Of a stretch of 64,000 nt of DNA, positions 49,940-63,200 are shown one piece after another (within the stretch, counting starts at the first letter, position 1; each line of letters begins with the position of its first letter). Origin of the DNA: Lama glama (lineage: Eukaryota); the NCBI GenBank assembly GCA_028534125.1, contig CM052816.1, positions 47,432,001 through 47,496,000 on the forward strand. The letters are read 5' to 3'. The notes below the pieces were generated by a model. That model was given only the letters and a program-made list of their open reading frames with translations, did no database searches and was not told the origin of the DNA. The translations under genes and the position numbers were made by a program.

Positions 49940-50930
49940 TTTGCTGGAGACTTGTTGAAAATGCCATCTGGCTTGTTGAATCAAGGGACCAATTTGTGTC
50001 TCATCTTGACTTTGGAAGGTCCAAAGCATTGTCCAAGACTAGACAACTGACCTTCCCCTTTCACTCCAGCTCCTCCCACAGTCTCCCCCTTCTCTCCTTC
50101 AACCTTTCAGCTTAGAAACCATATAATCATCCTCAGTCTCTTTTCCTCACACCTCAAATCCAATCCATCAGAAAATCCTGCCTCTTTATCTTCAAATAAT
50201 ATTCAAAATCTACTCACCAGAATCTAATCACATCTCCAATACTGTCATCTTGGTCCAAGGCACCATCATCTCTCACATGGATTATGGTCATTGCCTCTTA
50301 ACTAGTCTTCTTGTTTTCAATCCTGTTGTCTATTCACAAAAGAGCAACAGATCATACCCCTTACCTGAAGAAAAAATTCCTCTATCAAGGTGCTTAAAAG
50401 GTCTGAATTGGCCTCTTGCTACTTGTCTGACTTTATCTCTTACTATTCTGCCTCCTGCTTGCTCTCCTCTATACCACTGGCCCCTTGGTACTAACCAGCA
50501 AGCATGGTGCCACCTCAGGGACTTTGCATTTACTGACCCCTTTGCCTGGAATGACCTCTCAGATACCTAAATGTCCACTCCCTCTCTTCCTGCTTAAATG
50601 TCTATCAGGGAGGCTTTGCCTGACCCCTCTAAAATAAGGCAGTCCCTGGCACTCCCTATTCCCCTTCCCTGATTTATTATTTCTTCCATAACACTTACAA
50701 TTATGAAAATATTATACTTTTCCATAATTGCTTAGTAGATATTTTCCTTCCCTAAAAAAGAATCTACATTAGGGCAAAAATATTTTTATCTTTTTTATTC
50801 ACAACTGTATCTCCAGCACCTAAAACAGTATGTGGCACAAGATTAGGGCTCAGCGAAGATTTATTGGATGAATGGAAGGATGGATGGATGGCTCCATAGA
50901 TGATGGGTAGATGGATGGAAAGATGGATAG
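49940..50930 (+). mobile_element. L2a-like 3' region with (TGGA)n tail; a short MIR tail precedes it at 49845-49925
   Basis: atccaatccatcagaaaatcctg...cacctcagggactttgcattt...ctgtatctccagcacctaaaacagt...tgaatggaaggatggatgg. Confidence 0.9.
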
Positions 50931-51984
50931 CTTTCCAGATAGGACCATGGCAATATGAAACACAAATATTCATTGTTTTGTACCAGCAGAGTTTATTGGC
51001 ACCTGTAAGGTATTTCTGGAAGTATTCTAAGCAGAGAGGGAAGATTTTAAATAAACTTACATCTCTATATTCATTTATTTGTTGAGTATTTATTAACTGC
51101 CAAATTTTGAAGTTTCAGCAATGAACAAGATAGACATAATCCTTACCATTAAGGGAATTAAATTTGGAAATACATTCTAAGATTAGAAATACCTTCCAAG
51201 GAATTCCAAGATATTAACAAAGTTAATATTGTTTTAAAATATTACTGCATTTTCCCTCTTTTGTATTTTCACATACAGGATTCAAAACCTTGAAAGCAGT
51301 AAGAGTAGTTAAGAGGCATTTGATTGAGTTGAGAGGTAGGAATAAGGGAGAAAACCTGCTTGTCGTGGAGAGTGGGGAGGAGGAGTGGATACTGTGGGGC
51401 TTTGACCCCCTCGGAAGGGCCACTGACCAAACCAAATGAAGCCCTGGGTCAGTAGGGGAACTATGAGACAGGAGAATTTTTAGGAAGGTGGAAATGGTCC
51501 AAACGCAATTGTGTTCTGTCCTGTGGCTGTCCTAGGTCATCCTGGGGAGACAGCTACATGCCGCAGGAAACCACAGGAATCGTACTCTTGTAAATAGTTG
51601 ATCTAAAATGTTAGGAACTATCCAGGCAAAGTTCTTTCTCAATTTCCCTTTAATGTGGGAATCACAGTAATAGTTGAATAATTTCTATTATTATCTGTTT
51701 ATAATGAAAAGTTCATGATCTTTCTTAATTTCTATAGCAAGAATGATGTGAGACTGCTGGCTATTCTCCATAAAAGTGTTCTCACTAAGCAGAGGAGCAG
51801 AACTGGAGAGAAGTTTGTTTCTGGAACATGACGGGGAATTAAGAGAAGACTTTGGGGGCAGGTTTCAAAATCCAGTGTGAGCAATACTAACTGGATCTGG
51901 ATGACAGTGATTGAGCCAGCAAGCTTTCTGTAGGTTGCACAAATCTATATAAAACTAATTTCAAGGTCCCTGCTTTCTGTGTTG

Positions 51985-52040
51985 GGGTGTGTGTGTGTTT
52001 GTGTGTGTGTTTTGTTTTGTTTTGTTTTGTTTGTTTTTTT
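51985..52040. repeat. (GT)n plus (TTTTG)n simple repeat
   Basis: Visible runs. Confidence 0.9.
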
Positions 52041-52421
52041 AGGGCAGGGTGCCCAGTTTGAGGGAAAAAAAGCCCGATAAAAAATAGGCATTCTGTGATA
52101 AAATAGGTTCCCTAGAAATAGGAGCAGATAGAGATTTCATTCATTTATTCACCTATTCATTTATTTATTGAAATAAATATCTTGAAACAATCTTGATTGC
52201 TCAACCAAATCAGGTGAGAATCGTCAAGACTAATTTAGCAGGAATTGCATCCTGAGCACAATATTAAAATACACGGTTACCGTCAGAGAATTAATTGATA
52301 GGTGTTTTGGCATTGCCATTTTTCTCATGATTTTGTTGTATCCTTACTGCATGCCAGTTCTAGAGAAGGTTAGAAAAGGTGGATGATAACTTTGGGATGG
52401 TAGAGATGGTTAAATTTTGCA

Positions 52422-52457
52422 TGAGAGAGAGAGAGATAGTGTGTGTGTGTGTGTGTA
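52422..52457. repeat. (GA)n(GT)n microsatellite
   Basis: Visible runs. Confidence 0.92.
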
Positions 52458-52605
52458 TTCTGTGTGCCCTTTAAATGAGAAATAGAATTAGAAGATCTCT
52501 GAGCTCCGGTGGAGTGTCATGACTCGTCACTCTGTATCTAAGTCAGCCCCCAAATATCCAAGGGCTCCTGCAAACCAAGGAAATCTCCCTTTAACACTTA
52601 CTTAC

Positions 52606-52705
52606 CCCTGACTTCCTATTTAGGTTCCTGCATTCAGCACTCCTCTGTTTCAGAAGAAAATCACTTTCCATTATAAGTTGGAAATACACAGGTCCCCAAA
52701 CGAAC
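52606..52705 (-). other. Possible exon containing a strong-context ATG (52671) and a 22-codon phase-0 frame MESDFLLKQRSAECRNLNRKSG
   Basis: Donor GGG|gtaagt at 52605; Kozak ataATGG; acceptor at 52706 is weak, so this could instead be a first exon. Confidence 0.3.
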
Positions 52706-52829
52706 CTGAGGTTTTGGCTGTTCAGCAAAATTTTTATTTGCAAAGCACATGCCTGCTGGCCTGCACGACTGCAGTTGCTATTCATATGAATACTGGCAAC
52801 ATTTCATTGTGGGGGTCAGTTATGGTCAT

Positions 52830-53640
52830 TTTCCGTGATGACATAGTAACAACCGCAAAAATGCGAAAGCTAAAGTACGGTTATTATTACTGTTTGTAAA
52901 GTCTGTGTCCCAGATCTTCCCGCCAGGAGAGAGAAAAGCTGGAGTGCAGAGATAGCTGACGGTTATGCTAACCATTCAAATCGCCAGCAGACAGAACAGT
53001 TTGCAAGACGGGGCTGCGACAAGAGGCTCAAGCTGGGATTCGGGTTGCACTGCCTCCCTCACCTTGAACTACCGGGTTTTTCCTTCCCGCATGTCATACA
53101 GAAACACTCCCGCCTCCACACCCCTACCCGGAGGCTGAAAGAAAAAGAAGAAATACAAGCAGAGCATTTGCCCAGAGAGATGGGCCAACAGCCAATGTCA
53201 TCCTCTGATATATAGCTGAGGAGGAATTTATTTCCAACTAGTAGAGGATTGGGGGGCTCATAAAACTGTACAGCTTCAACCCAATGAAATAAGGTTAGTA
53301 AAATACATAAACTCTGATACAGCACCGTGAAGTATGCCTCCAGTCACCTACAATTCACCAATGGCCCCGTGATGGATATTCCCAGCACCTGGCTGTCCCC
53401 TGTCAGCTGTGACCCGGTGCCTTTCAGCAGTGCTTGCCCTTCCTCCCGTCCCCACCCTCCTCCTTTTCCATCCTGGGTAGAGGTCTCGTGCTAGGGTAGC
53501 AGCCAGCTTGCTGATTGCGGAGACATTTAGCAGATCCTACAGCAGATCTCTTGAGTGGTAACACTCCCGTAGCAAGCACCCGCGAGAGACAAACGCCCCG
53601 TACTTGTCGAATGAAAAATACAACAGCAGTTGCAGGGACA
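52830..53640. promoter_or_regulatory. Promoter/enhancer-like CpG-retaining unique region
   Basis: About 14 CpGs in 52830-53130; RFX X-box-like gatgacatagtaac at 52837-52850. Confidence 0.4.
53063..53134 (-). other. Possible 72-nt exon
   Basis: Strong acceptor ttgtatttcttctttttctttcag| and donor AAG|gtgagg on the minus strand. Confidence 0.4.
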
Positions 53641-54363
53641 AGAAGGTAATTTAAAAAAAGTCCAGCTCTAAAAAAAATTCAGCTCTGATGATGCCTGTTT
53701 TTTTTTTTTAAATAGGAAAAAAATCAGTAGGCAGAAACTCCATTTTTTTTTAACACATACTTCTGTCAGTGTGATGTTGAACAAGTGTCATTAATCAAGA
53801 GTGCTGGTATTCATTAAGCACAGTGATGTACTTGAAATGTTACCGTAGTATCTTTGTTCAAAGCCTTTAGAACAGCTTTAAAGAAGGAGAGAATTTACAG
53901 CTATAGTTTACAGCTAGGACTGTGAAAGAACTCTTCCACTATTAACCACATGTTTAACGTGGTAATAATAGTAATAATACCTTGTATTTATACAGCGACT
54001 ATCTTCCGAGAAACTCAAAGTACACAATAAACAGTAGTATATTCATTGTCAACAGCATCCTTTGGAAGAAAGCTGGGGGGAGGTATTATTACCCTCTTCG
54101 CTATCAGGCCAATGATAGGTTCTTTGTGTTTGCAGTGATGTCTGATGCAGGCTGCGGGGGAGGTGACAGACGGAAAGGGAGAATGGGAGATGGTGGATGT
54201 GGTGGTGGTGGGAGTGGATGGAAGAATTCTGTGTATCTTGATTCTCTCCAATAGATTATGCATCCAGCTCAAGTTTTTTTGTCCCCACCTCCAACATACA
54301 TATGGCCTCTAAGATAGAAATGTCCCAAGATAACTGCACTCAGAAGACTTTATAAGGGTAGAA

Positions 54364-54944
54364 TGAAACTGTGGCTAAACATGAGTCAAATCCGTTTCAC
54401 CTGCCTTAACAAATCGTTTTAATCATGGTTACACAAGACTTGCACGTCCCCCAAGCAGCACGTAGCCCAAGTTGTTTCCCAGGAATTGGAGCCAACAATG
54501 TCTATTTTGATCTGGGCTGGTTAAGACCCAGTAGCACCCCCAACCCTCCAACTGGGCATGCGCAAATGTTCGCTCAGTGACCTTCTGATGTCAAAGTGCC
54601 AAAAACTGCAACCTCAGACTGTACTAAGTGCCCTCCTGTTGGAGAGTGCGGAGGCCTGTGGCTTAGTTACAGCTGCACAGATCAAGGGTTACAGATTACC
54701 GCACCTTTTCCCAATCACTTTACCCCACGCCCCCAACGCCTCCCACGTCTCAGACCGCTTTGCTGCTTTATTCGTTATGCCATAAATACCCCAGCCCCTT
54801 GCCTTCGGCAGGGAACGCCTGAATTTTGTTTTTTTGCAGCTTGGTTGCTTTGCAAACAGTGTCTCTCTCTTCTCTTTGCTTTGCTGTAAACTTTACCACT
54901 TTGGCTTGCTTAGTGTAGGGCAAAATGAGCCTAGTTCAGTAACA
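54364..54944 (+). mobile_element. ERV1-class solo LTR (MER41/LTR8-like)
   Basis: TG...CA termini (tgaaactg ... cagtaaca), 581 bp, TATA-like cataaata at 54781, 3' end gggcaaaatgagcctagttcagtaaca, flanks agaa/aaaa (imperfect 4-bp TSD). Confidence 0.75.
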
Positions 54945-55779
54945 AAAAGACTCTCAGTGTAATTTATTTGGTGTGCGTTTGGCCCCAACAAATCTAAAGC
55001 TTCTGGGAGTTCAGCCCAGCAGGGAAAGAATGTTCAGTAAATTTTATATCTCAGTTCTGGAAAGGGTGACTTTTTTGGTGCTGATAAGCCTATTTCTTTT
55101 TCTTTAAATCTGATTCTATTTTCTTTGTACCCTCTGCAAATCAGTTTTTTTTTAAAACAACTTGAAGGAGCTTGTAGAAGATTGACCTATATCTGCGAAT
55201 CACTTTTATCTGATAAGACAGAAACAACAAAAACCTCAACATCTGATACTCGAATCAGACTTTCAGGTCTGAGGAGAGGATACCAGAAGAAACCTGCTGA
55301 GTCATTAGTCAGATGCAGTATCCCCAGATTCTTGCTCTCCTGCCACAAGTAAAAGAAGCCACATTCCAGTTCAGTCCCTCTGTGTATCTCTTATTCCTGA
55401 AACACGGTCATCTTCACCTCTGTAGAGCAGACTAGAACAATGGCATAGGTGCTCAGAGAAGAAAAACGGCAGTGATCATAGGTCAGTACAAAAGGGCCTT
55501 TTAAAGATCTTTCCAAAAAAGTGGACCTGCCAAAACAGTGACCCTGTGGTCTGTTTTCTTTCTTTCTTTTGCTGTTTTTTTAAATTAAAACTTCATTGAA
55601 GAAAACACACCAAAAACATATCCCGGAAGTGAGTTATACGGAAGCGATCACCATCTTGCATTTCTTCAACATTTGTCTTATTTTTAAAGACTACTTCTTT
55701 TTAGAGAAGTTTTAAGGTCACAGAAAAATTAAGAGGGAGGTCTTTTTTCTTAGAGGGTCTGTTTTTCAGAGGCTCCTAC

Positions 55780-55960
55780 AGGTAGGCCAAGGACTCTGGA
55801 GTGAGATAGGCCTTCCTAGATTCCTTTAAACAATGACTGGATAGGTTACTTAAACTTTCTGAGGCTGTTTCCTTGCCTTGTAAAATGGAGTTAACAATAG
55901 CAATTATGTAGGCTAGGGACAACGAAATGAAATGATGCACACAAAACACCAGGCACCTGG
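55780..55960 (+). mobile_element. MIR SINE
   Basis: ggactctggagtgagatagg...ggttacttaaactttctgaggctgtttcc...tgtaaaatggag. Confidence 0.8.
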
Positions 55961-58900
55961 TTGCAGGAAGAAAGGGAATTCTGCGTACTTGGGGGAGGGC
56001 TTCTCACATGCGCCGACATTATCGTGACTCAGGTACCCCAGTGATTATTTAGATGACACCAATTCCGCATAATTTTCACTAGATGTTCTTAATACTTGAA
56101 ACGTAATGAGTCAGCCTCAAAACAGGTTCAAATGGAATTAGCTGGTCCTGCTCGTTGTGTTACTAAAATAACTGAAGCGTTTCACAAGGTTGTTTCAACC
56201 CGGCATCCCTGGGCATGAAAACGGACGAGACTAAGGGTAGCATGACTTAGTGGGCAGTGGAGGGACTTCTCTGCACGCTGTCATTCTGGAAAGCTCCACT
56301 GGCTGCCGCTGCATTGGCTGAGCAAGGTAGCTGTGTTCTGAAGTGGCTTCAGCAGGTTACATGTTACAGGTGCTGACTGATAGCAAACAGTTTGAAGGGT
56401 CTCCCAGCGGACTTAAACTACAAGCAGAATAAAGCCTCCTGTCCTTAGTGCTGCAACAGTTCAGGTTCTCATTCAAGGACAGGACATTTACAGGACATGA
56501 CTTTTTTACACTGAAAATGATGTACGTTTTTAACATGAAACATACACATTCCCTTAAAGTTCACCAGTTCTCTAAATCTAGAGCCCAGCTTCCCATGGGG
56601 AGCTTGAAAGAGCCATCTCTTTAGGACTTTTGATTGAATTTTGTTACTCTCATCAATTCATTCCATTTATTCAAGAAAAGTTTTCCTTAAAATTTTTTTA
56701 CTCTATTCTTGGTAGCGGTGCTACAATGCTGAGAAAAGCTGACTTGATTCCGTCCCAGAGCAGGGGAATCTCCTTTCCCTATCTCTTCTGCCTGTGGTCT
56801 CTGATCTCGCCACTAACAATCTGTACTTTCTACTCCTGAGCTTCAATTTTCGCCTGTGCCTCTGTGGGTGGATATACTTTCTTGCTGGAAATCATGGTAT
56901 GTGGGATAAATTCTAAAATCCTTAGCAAGGCATACAGGGCTGCTTCTGTTGTGGCCCCATTTTGAGTCTTGTAACTTCCTCCTTCCAGCCCCACAATAAT
57001 CAAGCTAAACTCCCTGCAGCTGGTCCTACTGAGCCTCCCTCTCTTTCCCCACCCCCTTCCTTCCCCTTATCCCTCTCTTGGCCATCCAGGGCCTGGGTAA
57101 GATATAATTGCTACTCAGAACTGCCTTTGTGACACCACAGGGACAAGCAAAAGGTGTCTGATACTGGTGAGGCCACCTGTGAAAGAATCCCCTTGGAGTG
57201 AAAGGACCTCAAGAAATCTCAAGGGAATCACTCAAAGTGGGGGATGGAAGGAGGACTTTGCATCTCAGAGTGTCAGTGCCATCAGTGGGGAAGCTGACCT
57301 GGCTCTCCAGACCCAGTTGTTAGGCATCGCCCACTCTGGGGCAGTGTTGCTTCTGGTTGCTGTAGCAGAAGAGAGGCCAAGTCCTCTCCAGAAGTGATGA
57401 GCCCAGCTGTAGATCAGAGAGCCAGCAGTGACGTTCATGAGACAGCTCAGCCCCTTTCCTGCAGCCAAGGGATTACAAAAACTTCTTTGACCAGATAACA
57501 CTGGGGAAAGACACAGAAGAAAAACAGCATACACACTGTGGAGTAAATCTACCCAAACAGCCTTTACCTGGAGTGAGATCAGAAAAGACTGAGTCACATT
57601 AAATAGCCAAGCTAATTTGTTAAAAACATTTTTGCTGCTGAGTGAAAACAGAAGCACCAAAACATGGTAAAATCAGCTAATGAAAAGTGATGTCTCTCTG
57701 TGTGCGTCTAGGTGCACACACAGTGCAGTACATCTGAGTTCTAATAAGAAAATTATGACTCCACTCTACCTTTCTGTCTGTTCTACTCACTGGGACCTAG
57801 CTTATGCTCTGCAGTATTGTCATCCATCCCTGTCTTCACTCCCCCTACCCAAGTAGATTTAAACTACTTTCTGTCAAGCATTGCATTTTACTTCTTGAGA
57901 CCCTCAGATTCTGACGATGTCTTACACAAAGTGAGCTCTCAATGTACTACGATAAGCCTGGTCTTCTCTCCTGTCATTACTATATCAGCTGAAGCGTAGA
58001 TGGTACCCTCTTTCTGTGAGTGGAGAAAACTGGTGTGGGTGTGACTGTATTTGCTTCCCCAAGTTGAGGTTTTCCTGAGGCAGGTGAGCCTTGAATAAAA
58101 GGAATGAAGAAGCTGGGAAAATAAGGCTGTCCAGGATGAAATGCTAGCTGAGGGGAAGCCCAACACCAGGGAAGAAGGGATACATGTCCATGGAGATTGG
58201 TTTAAGCTCAAAGCAGACAGGTCTGTAGTAGGAATAATAAAACTACTTTGGGAAAGAAAGATGGAAACGTGACAGTCACTGTCAAGGTACTGAAAGTGAT
58301 GTAGTGGGAGCTGGGACGAAGAGGTTTCTCAGACGTGTAAAGAATGCCCAGTGGGACAAGGGGTGGAGATACATTTGGTAAAAACATTTGGAATGATTAA
58401 AGGAAAGAAAAGCGAGGGCACTTTGTTAGAAAAGGATAGGTGTTATTTTTTTTTCAATGTTTAGGTAAGTGAACAAATATGTTTATACATGAACTGAATA
58501 TCTAAATTTTTAATAAGTTAAAACAGGTTAAACTCATTTTGTGGATTAAATGAGTTAATTTCATTAGCAACAAATAACAAAAGAGGATTTATGTAAATGT
58601 TTATGAATAAAATACTGTATAGTATCAAATGTATGTCTATGTCCCTATCAAATAGCCGCTACCCATCACTGAGATACTAGTTTTCAGCATAACTTAACTC
58701 ATGATTAGAAATATTATGAACTTCTTTTTATTGGATGGCTATTGAACTTCAACATATGCGAAGTATTACAGAGGATGTCAAATAAGGCATCCTGTTCTTT
58801 CCTGCTGAGTTCATAAGATAACTTAAGAGGGGCCACTTTTTTTTTTTAACTTATCGTGTGTCCATGGCTCATCAAGCATTTTAATATCCCAAAGGCCAAA

Positions 58901-59284
58901 GATGCACTACACATTTATATTCAGGTCTGATATTTATATATTGTAATGTGCTGGGATCCATATTACTTTTAGTAACACCATCTAGTTCTAAAGGGCAAAG
59001 TACATAGAATTCCAAATAAGTTCATCTTTTTTCTTCTTCCCTAAAGGAAGGAATGGAAAATCGTCAATATTCTTAAGGGTTTTAGAGCCGGGGACAATGG
59101 AATGCTGTTTTGATTCATTGCTGCTTGCAGTAACTGCTTGATATTAAGGACTCTTATTTTCATTATTTTAATAATTATTTCTTAATTTGAAAGGAATCCT
59201 TTTACTCTAATCAGCAGTAACTATGATCATCAGAAACTGATTAGAAGTGATGTAGAATCTTCATTTATCTTCATTGCCTTTACA

Positions 59285-59655
59285 AAATCATAGAACTTCA
59301 GATTTAGAAAGAATCCTGGAGATTATTTATTCCAATAGCTCTCAATGCCTGTCCACCAACTTGTTGCCACAAAACATCAAAAACACATAGGACATTAAAA
59401 CTGCAAATTCCTGAGACTCACCTGAGTTAGAGTAATTGAATCAGAATCTGCAGGGTGTGGTCCAGTTATCTGCAACAAAGGGGTTTCTGATGAGGAGCTG
59501 GACTGGGGACTGACTGGTAATTGAATTGATCATTTTTCTGTTAGGGAAAATGGCTCTCAGATACCAGGTTCATACAGGTAGATGCTGTCAGAGTTGGAAA
59601 CAAAATCTGTACTTACCTTTCCTTGGTCTAGTGCTCTTTCTAATACACTATACTG
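59285..59655 (-). mobile_element. MIR3-like SINE split by a MER5-type hAT MITE (~59345-59518)
   Basis: aaaatcatagaac...agaaagaatcctggagattatt, then aattgaatcagaatctgcagggtgtggtccag (MER5), then tctagtgctctttctaatacactatactg. Confidence 0.65.
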
Positions 59656-60154
59656 TTTCACACAAATAATTTGTGAGAGATTTCTTAGTTCTAGGCAACA
59701 TGTGGCAATGTTAGTTCAAATCTGTTGTATTTATAATAGAATTCTCTTCAAAGATAGCTTATAAATTATATGAAAAAAATCATAATTTTGACCCATTGGC
59801 TTACCTAGGTTGCTCTTTCATTCTATTTTGTCAATTTTAACTGTGAACGACACTTGGTTTCATCACAATTCCAATCCATCATCAAAGGATTACTGTTGTC
59901 CTCAATGGAAGTTATTTAAGAGGGTGTTCTATTCCGACTTGCCAAAATATTTTAAATGGTAGTATATCATTGGAGTTAATATCTAGCCTCTGAAAAATAC
60001 ATATTTTGAAGAAAGACAGATGTTTAAAGTGCTGAATTCTGCTCAGGATAATTTAAACAGCCCTTTCTAGTCACACTTTTGGTTTGTTACACTTTTTTGC
60101 AGTTCTAAACAACACTATGATGAACATCCCCCACATACATCCACCTCACTGGAT

Positions 60155-60250
60155 TATTCTCTACCTCATTGGGTTATGAGATTCAATGAAATAATGCATT
60201 CAAAGCATGTGATTCAGTTGTTGCATATAATGAATGCTTAAATGTTGTAA
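60155..60250 (+). mobile_element. MIR 3' fragment
   Basis: ctacctcattgggttatgagattcaatgaaataatgcattcaaagca. Confidence 0.65.
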
Positions 60251-63200
60251 ACAGATTTTCTCAAGGAAAGATATATACGTATACAAGAGAATTTGTTTGC
60301 CTTTAGACAGTGATTATATCTAAATCTCTGGATATTCTGTTAACTCAGAGTAATCTCTAATGACTTAAATTACTGAGAATTTAGGAAATTAGAAGTTTTC
60401 CATTAACAGATATAAATATAAATAATTGCAAATTAGAACCACAGTGGAAAATAGGCAGGAAAGAATAACTGGGAAGTGGGCTGAATTTAACTACAGGAGT
60501 CATACAGAACTTTTTCTTCAAGAAAGTGAGTCACACGGGGTATTCAGCTTAGATGGTCTCCTCATAATATTGTGAGAACCCAAGCGAATCTTTTCTCTAG
60601 GCACGTGGGCACTTTTAACTCATTTTATTTCCTTGGATGGGACCAAGACACAGAAACTAGCAGATAGAGGCGTGGAATATTAGTGTTAGAAAAGAGCTAG
60701 TTTTCCTAATACTTGCCTAAGAATCCACATTTTTGCCATCTATATTAAGTTATAATTCTCCAAAACTGCCTCAGGTGATCTTCAGGTGCAAGTCTCTAAA
60801 AGCTCCTCTGGGAGTATTAGGTTTCTATTAACAGACTCTACTCAAGTCACACTTTAATCTCATAATGCACCAGGTAATATAGGTCAATAACAGAAGTGGG
60901 AAAGTCCTATGATCACCTAAAAATTAGTTCAAGGCAGAAGGTAAAACTGTTTAACAGTGCAGGTATCCACTGTGAAATGTATTACAAACAAGAAGATCCC
61001 CCTTGCATCTTTATGATTGTCCCATAATATATATGTCTAGGGAATGACTTCTATTATTAATAACCACCCCTCTAGAAGGTATTGAGATCTTAGAAGGTGT
61101 AGTTCACTACTTTGCATGAGACATGATAGGAATTTCAATAGAGAAAGAATACCATCTCCCAAATGTCCAAGTAATTGAAAAACTCAAAACTTAAAATTCC
61201 TCAGTGGTATCTTAACTGTATCCAACACAAATGAATAGAAGATTCACTCCTTGCCCTAGATTTGAAAGCTTTTCAATTTACATTTAAGTATATTCAGGAT
61301 GTATTATTTAGTAAAAAGTTAGTATGAAAAAAAAAACCCCCATAGATCTGATGCCCAAAGATCCAAAACACAATACCGTATGCTATAATTTTCAATGATA
61401 GATTTGTTATTAGTATCAACAAGAGTAATTTTACCTACTAGTGATTAACCCCCCCCCCAGGCACCTCCCAAATTCACACTATTGTGTAATAATACATGCG
61501 AATGTACTTGGAGCTTGGTTAATGACATGTAGAATCAATTGTTCTATGTCCAAAAATAAAACTAGATAATTAAAAGGAAAAAAAAAATCTTCCGTTGGGA
61601 CTGAGGCACCACAAGGGCACTTACACTGCAGATTATGTATGTGGTATAGATTGTAGGGGGAAAGTGTTTGAAATAAAGGTAAGAAACGGATTGCACTAGC
61701 TACAAAAGCTGAAATTGTGTTTCATTTTCAAACCAACTTTCATTTTGATAAGAGTGATGTTAGATGCTTTTTCCACACCATTTACCTAGCTCTTCTCTTT
61801 ATTCAATTATTTAGCAATGATAAGTCAAATTGCATTTAGTGTACCAAGGTTTGCGTAGTACCCATTTGTTGAAATCAAAGGTTACTTACAGCATGCAAAA
61901 AAAAAAAAACCTTCTATGTAGTAGGTCTAATTATCTGTATAGCAGATAGTGAATGTTTCTGTACCTACTAATTGTACTTTAGTATACCTGAAAACAGTCA
62001 TTTAAATAGCATAGCCACAAAGGACATTGTCAGTAAAGTGAGGACATGGAACTAGCCACATCTGATTTTTGGAAAGAGATGAGAAGCAAGCATTTTTGTG
62101 TTAAGGGAATGATTTGAATATATATATATATTTATTTTCTGCTTCCATTTTACCTAATACGTCAATACCCACTTTAAAAAAAAAAACAAACTACGTTCAC
62201 ATCTTTTGGAGATAAAGTATTTTAGTGGCATATCTAACCTATTCTGTAAAGTCCAAGCTTTGTTTCGCACGTGTGTTTGTGGTAAGTGATAAAATTTGAA
62301 AATAATTTGAAACAGTCATAAATATCTGTTGGCAGCTCGTGAGTAGATATATTTTTCTTCCTGAAGAAGTTACACCATGCGCCTCAAACACGTTCGCCAT
62401 CAGGCCTATTGAGAAATCATGTTCGTAAGCAGGGTGGATTTAACAGCAGCTTCCTCGCAGGTTTACGTGTTTAATTAGCTGACAGGACAGACAGAACCAT
62501 AGGGGCTAAAGAATTGCAAGAGAAGATAACGTGGAAGTGTAGCGAACTTCTTAGTGTGTCAAGCACTATTAATGACAGAAAGTGAGGAAGAGAATTAACT
62601 GAACTTTCTCATGTTTTAAAGAATCCATATTTCATTATTCACCTGGTTATAATAAACTGTAGATCCCACAAACCACTCACTCAGGGAACAAATGCCCCAG
62701 TTTCAGACAGTGTATCTGAGTTCAGGTCAGTGACGCCAAATTGGAAAATAAAGATGAGGTTGTGGTCCTGGAGGCAGTGAATGAAACTGAGATGGGTGTA
62801 GTCTGACCCTAGCTCTCATTTTATGTTTTCAATATATAAACAGGAGCTCAAGACATCATTTCCATGTGGCACAAACTTTGCTGTAGCCCAGATATTAAAT
62901 ATTTCCCCTATCTTTTAATGAAATTCTCTTGTATTTTAAAAATACGTATGTTCAAGGTAATGATTTTATGAGCATATATGTTTATTATAGGAAATAGCCA
63001 TATAAATATGTAATATTATTAGCTTATATATGTTAAGGCATTGAAATACTTTTTAGAATCAGTACCTCTATAACTTGATACCAGAAAAAATACGTGAGTT
63101 ATAACAGAAACTTATTTAAGAAAATGTGTTAACTACTCAAAGCACTGATTTCACCATTTCATTTTACATGGTGATCACTGATGATGGTAAAAATGAAATT

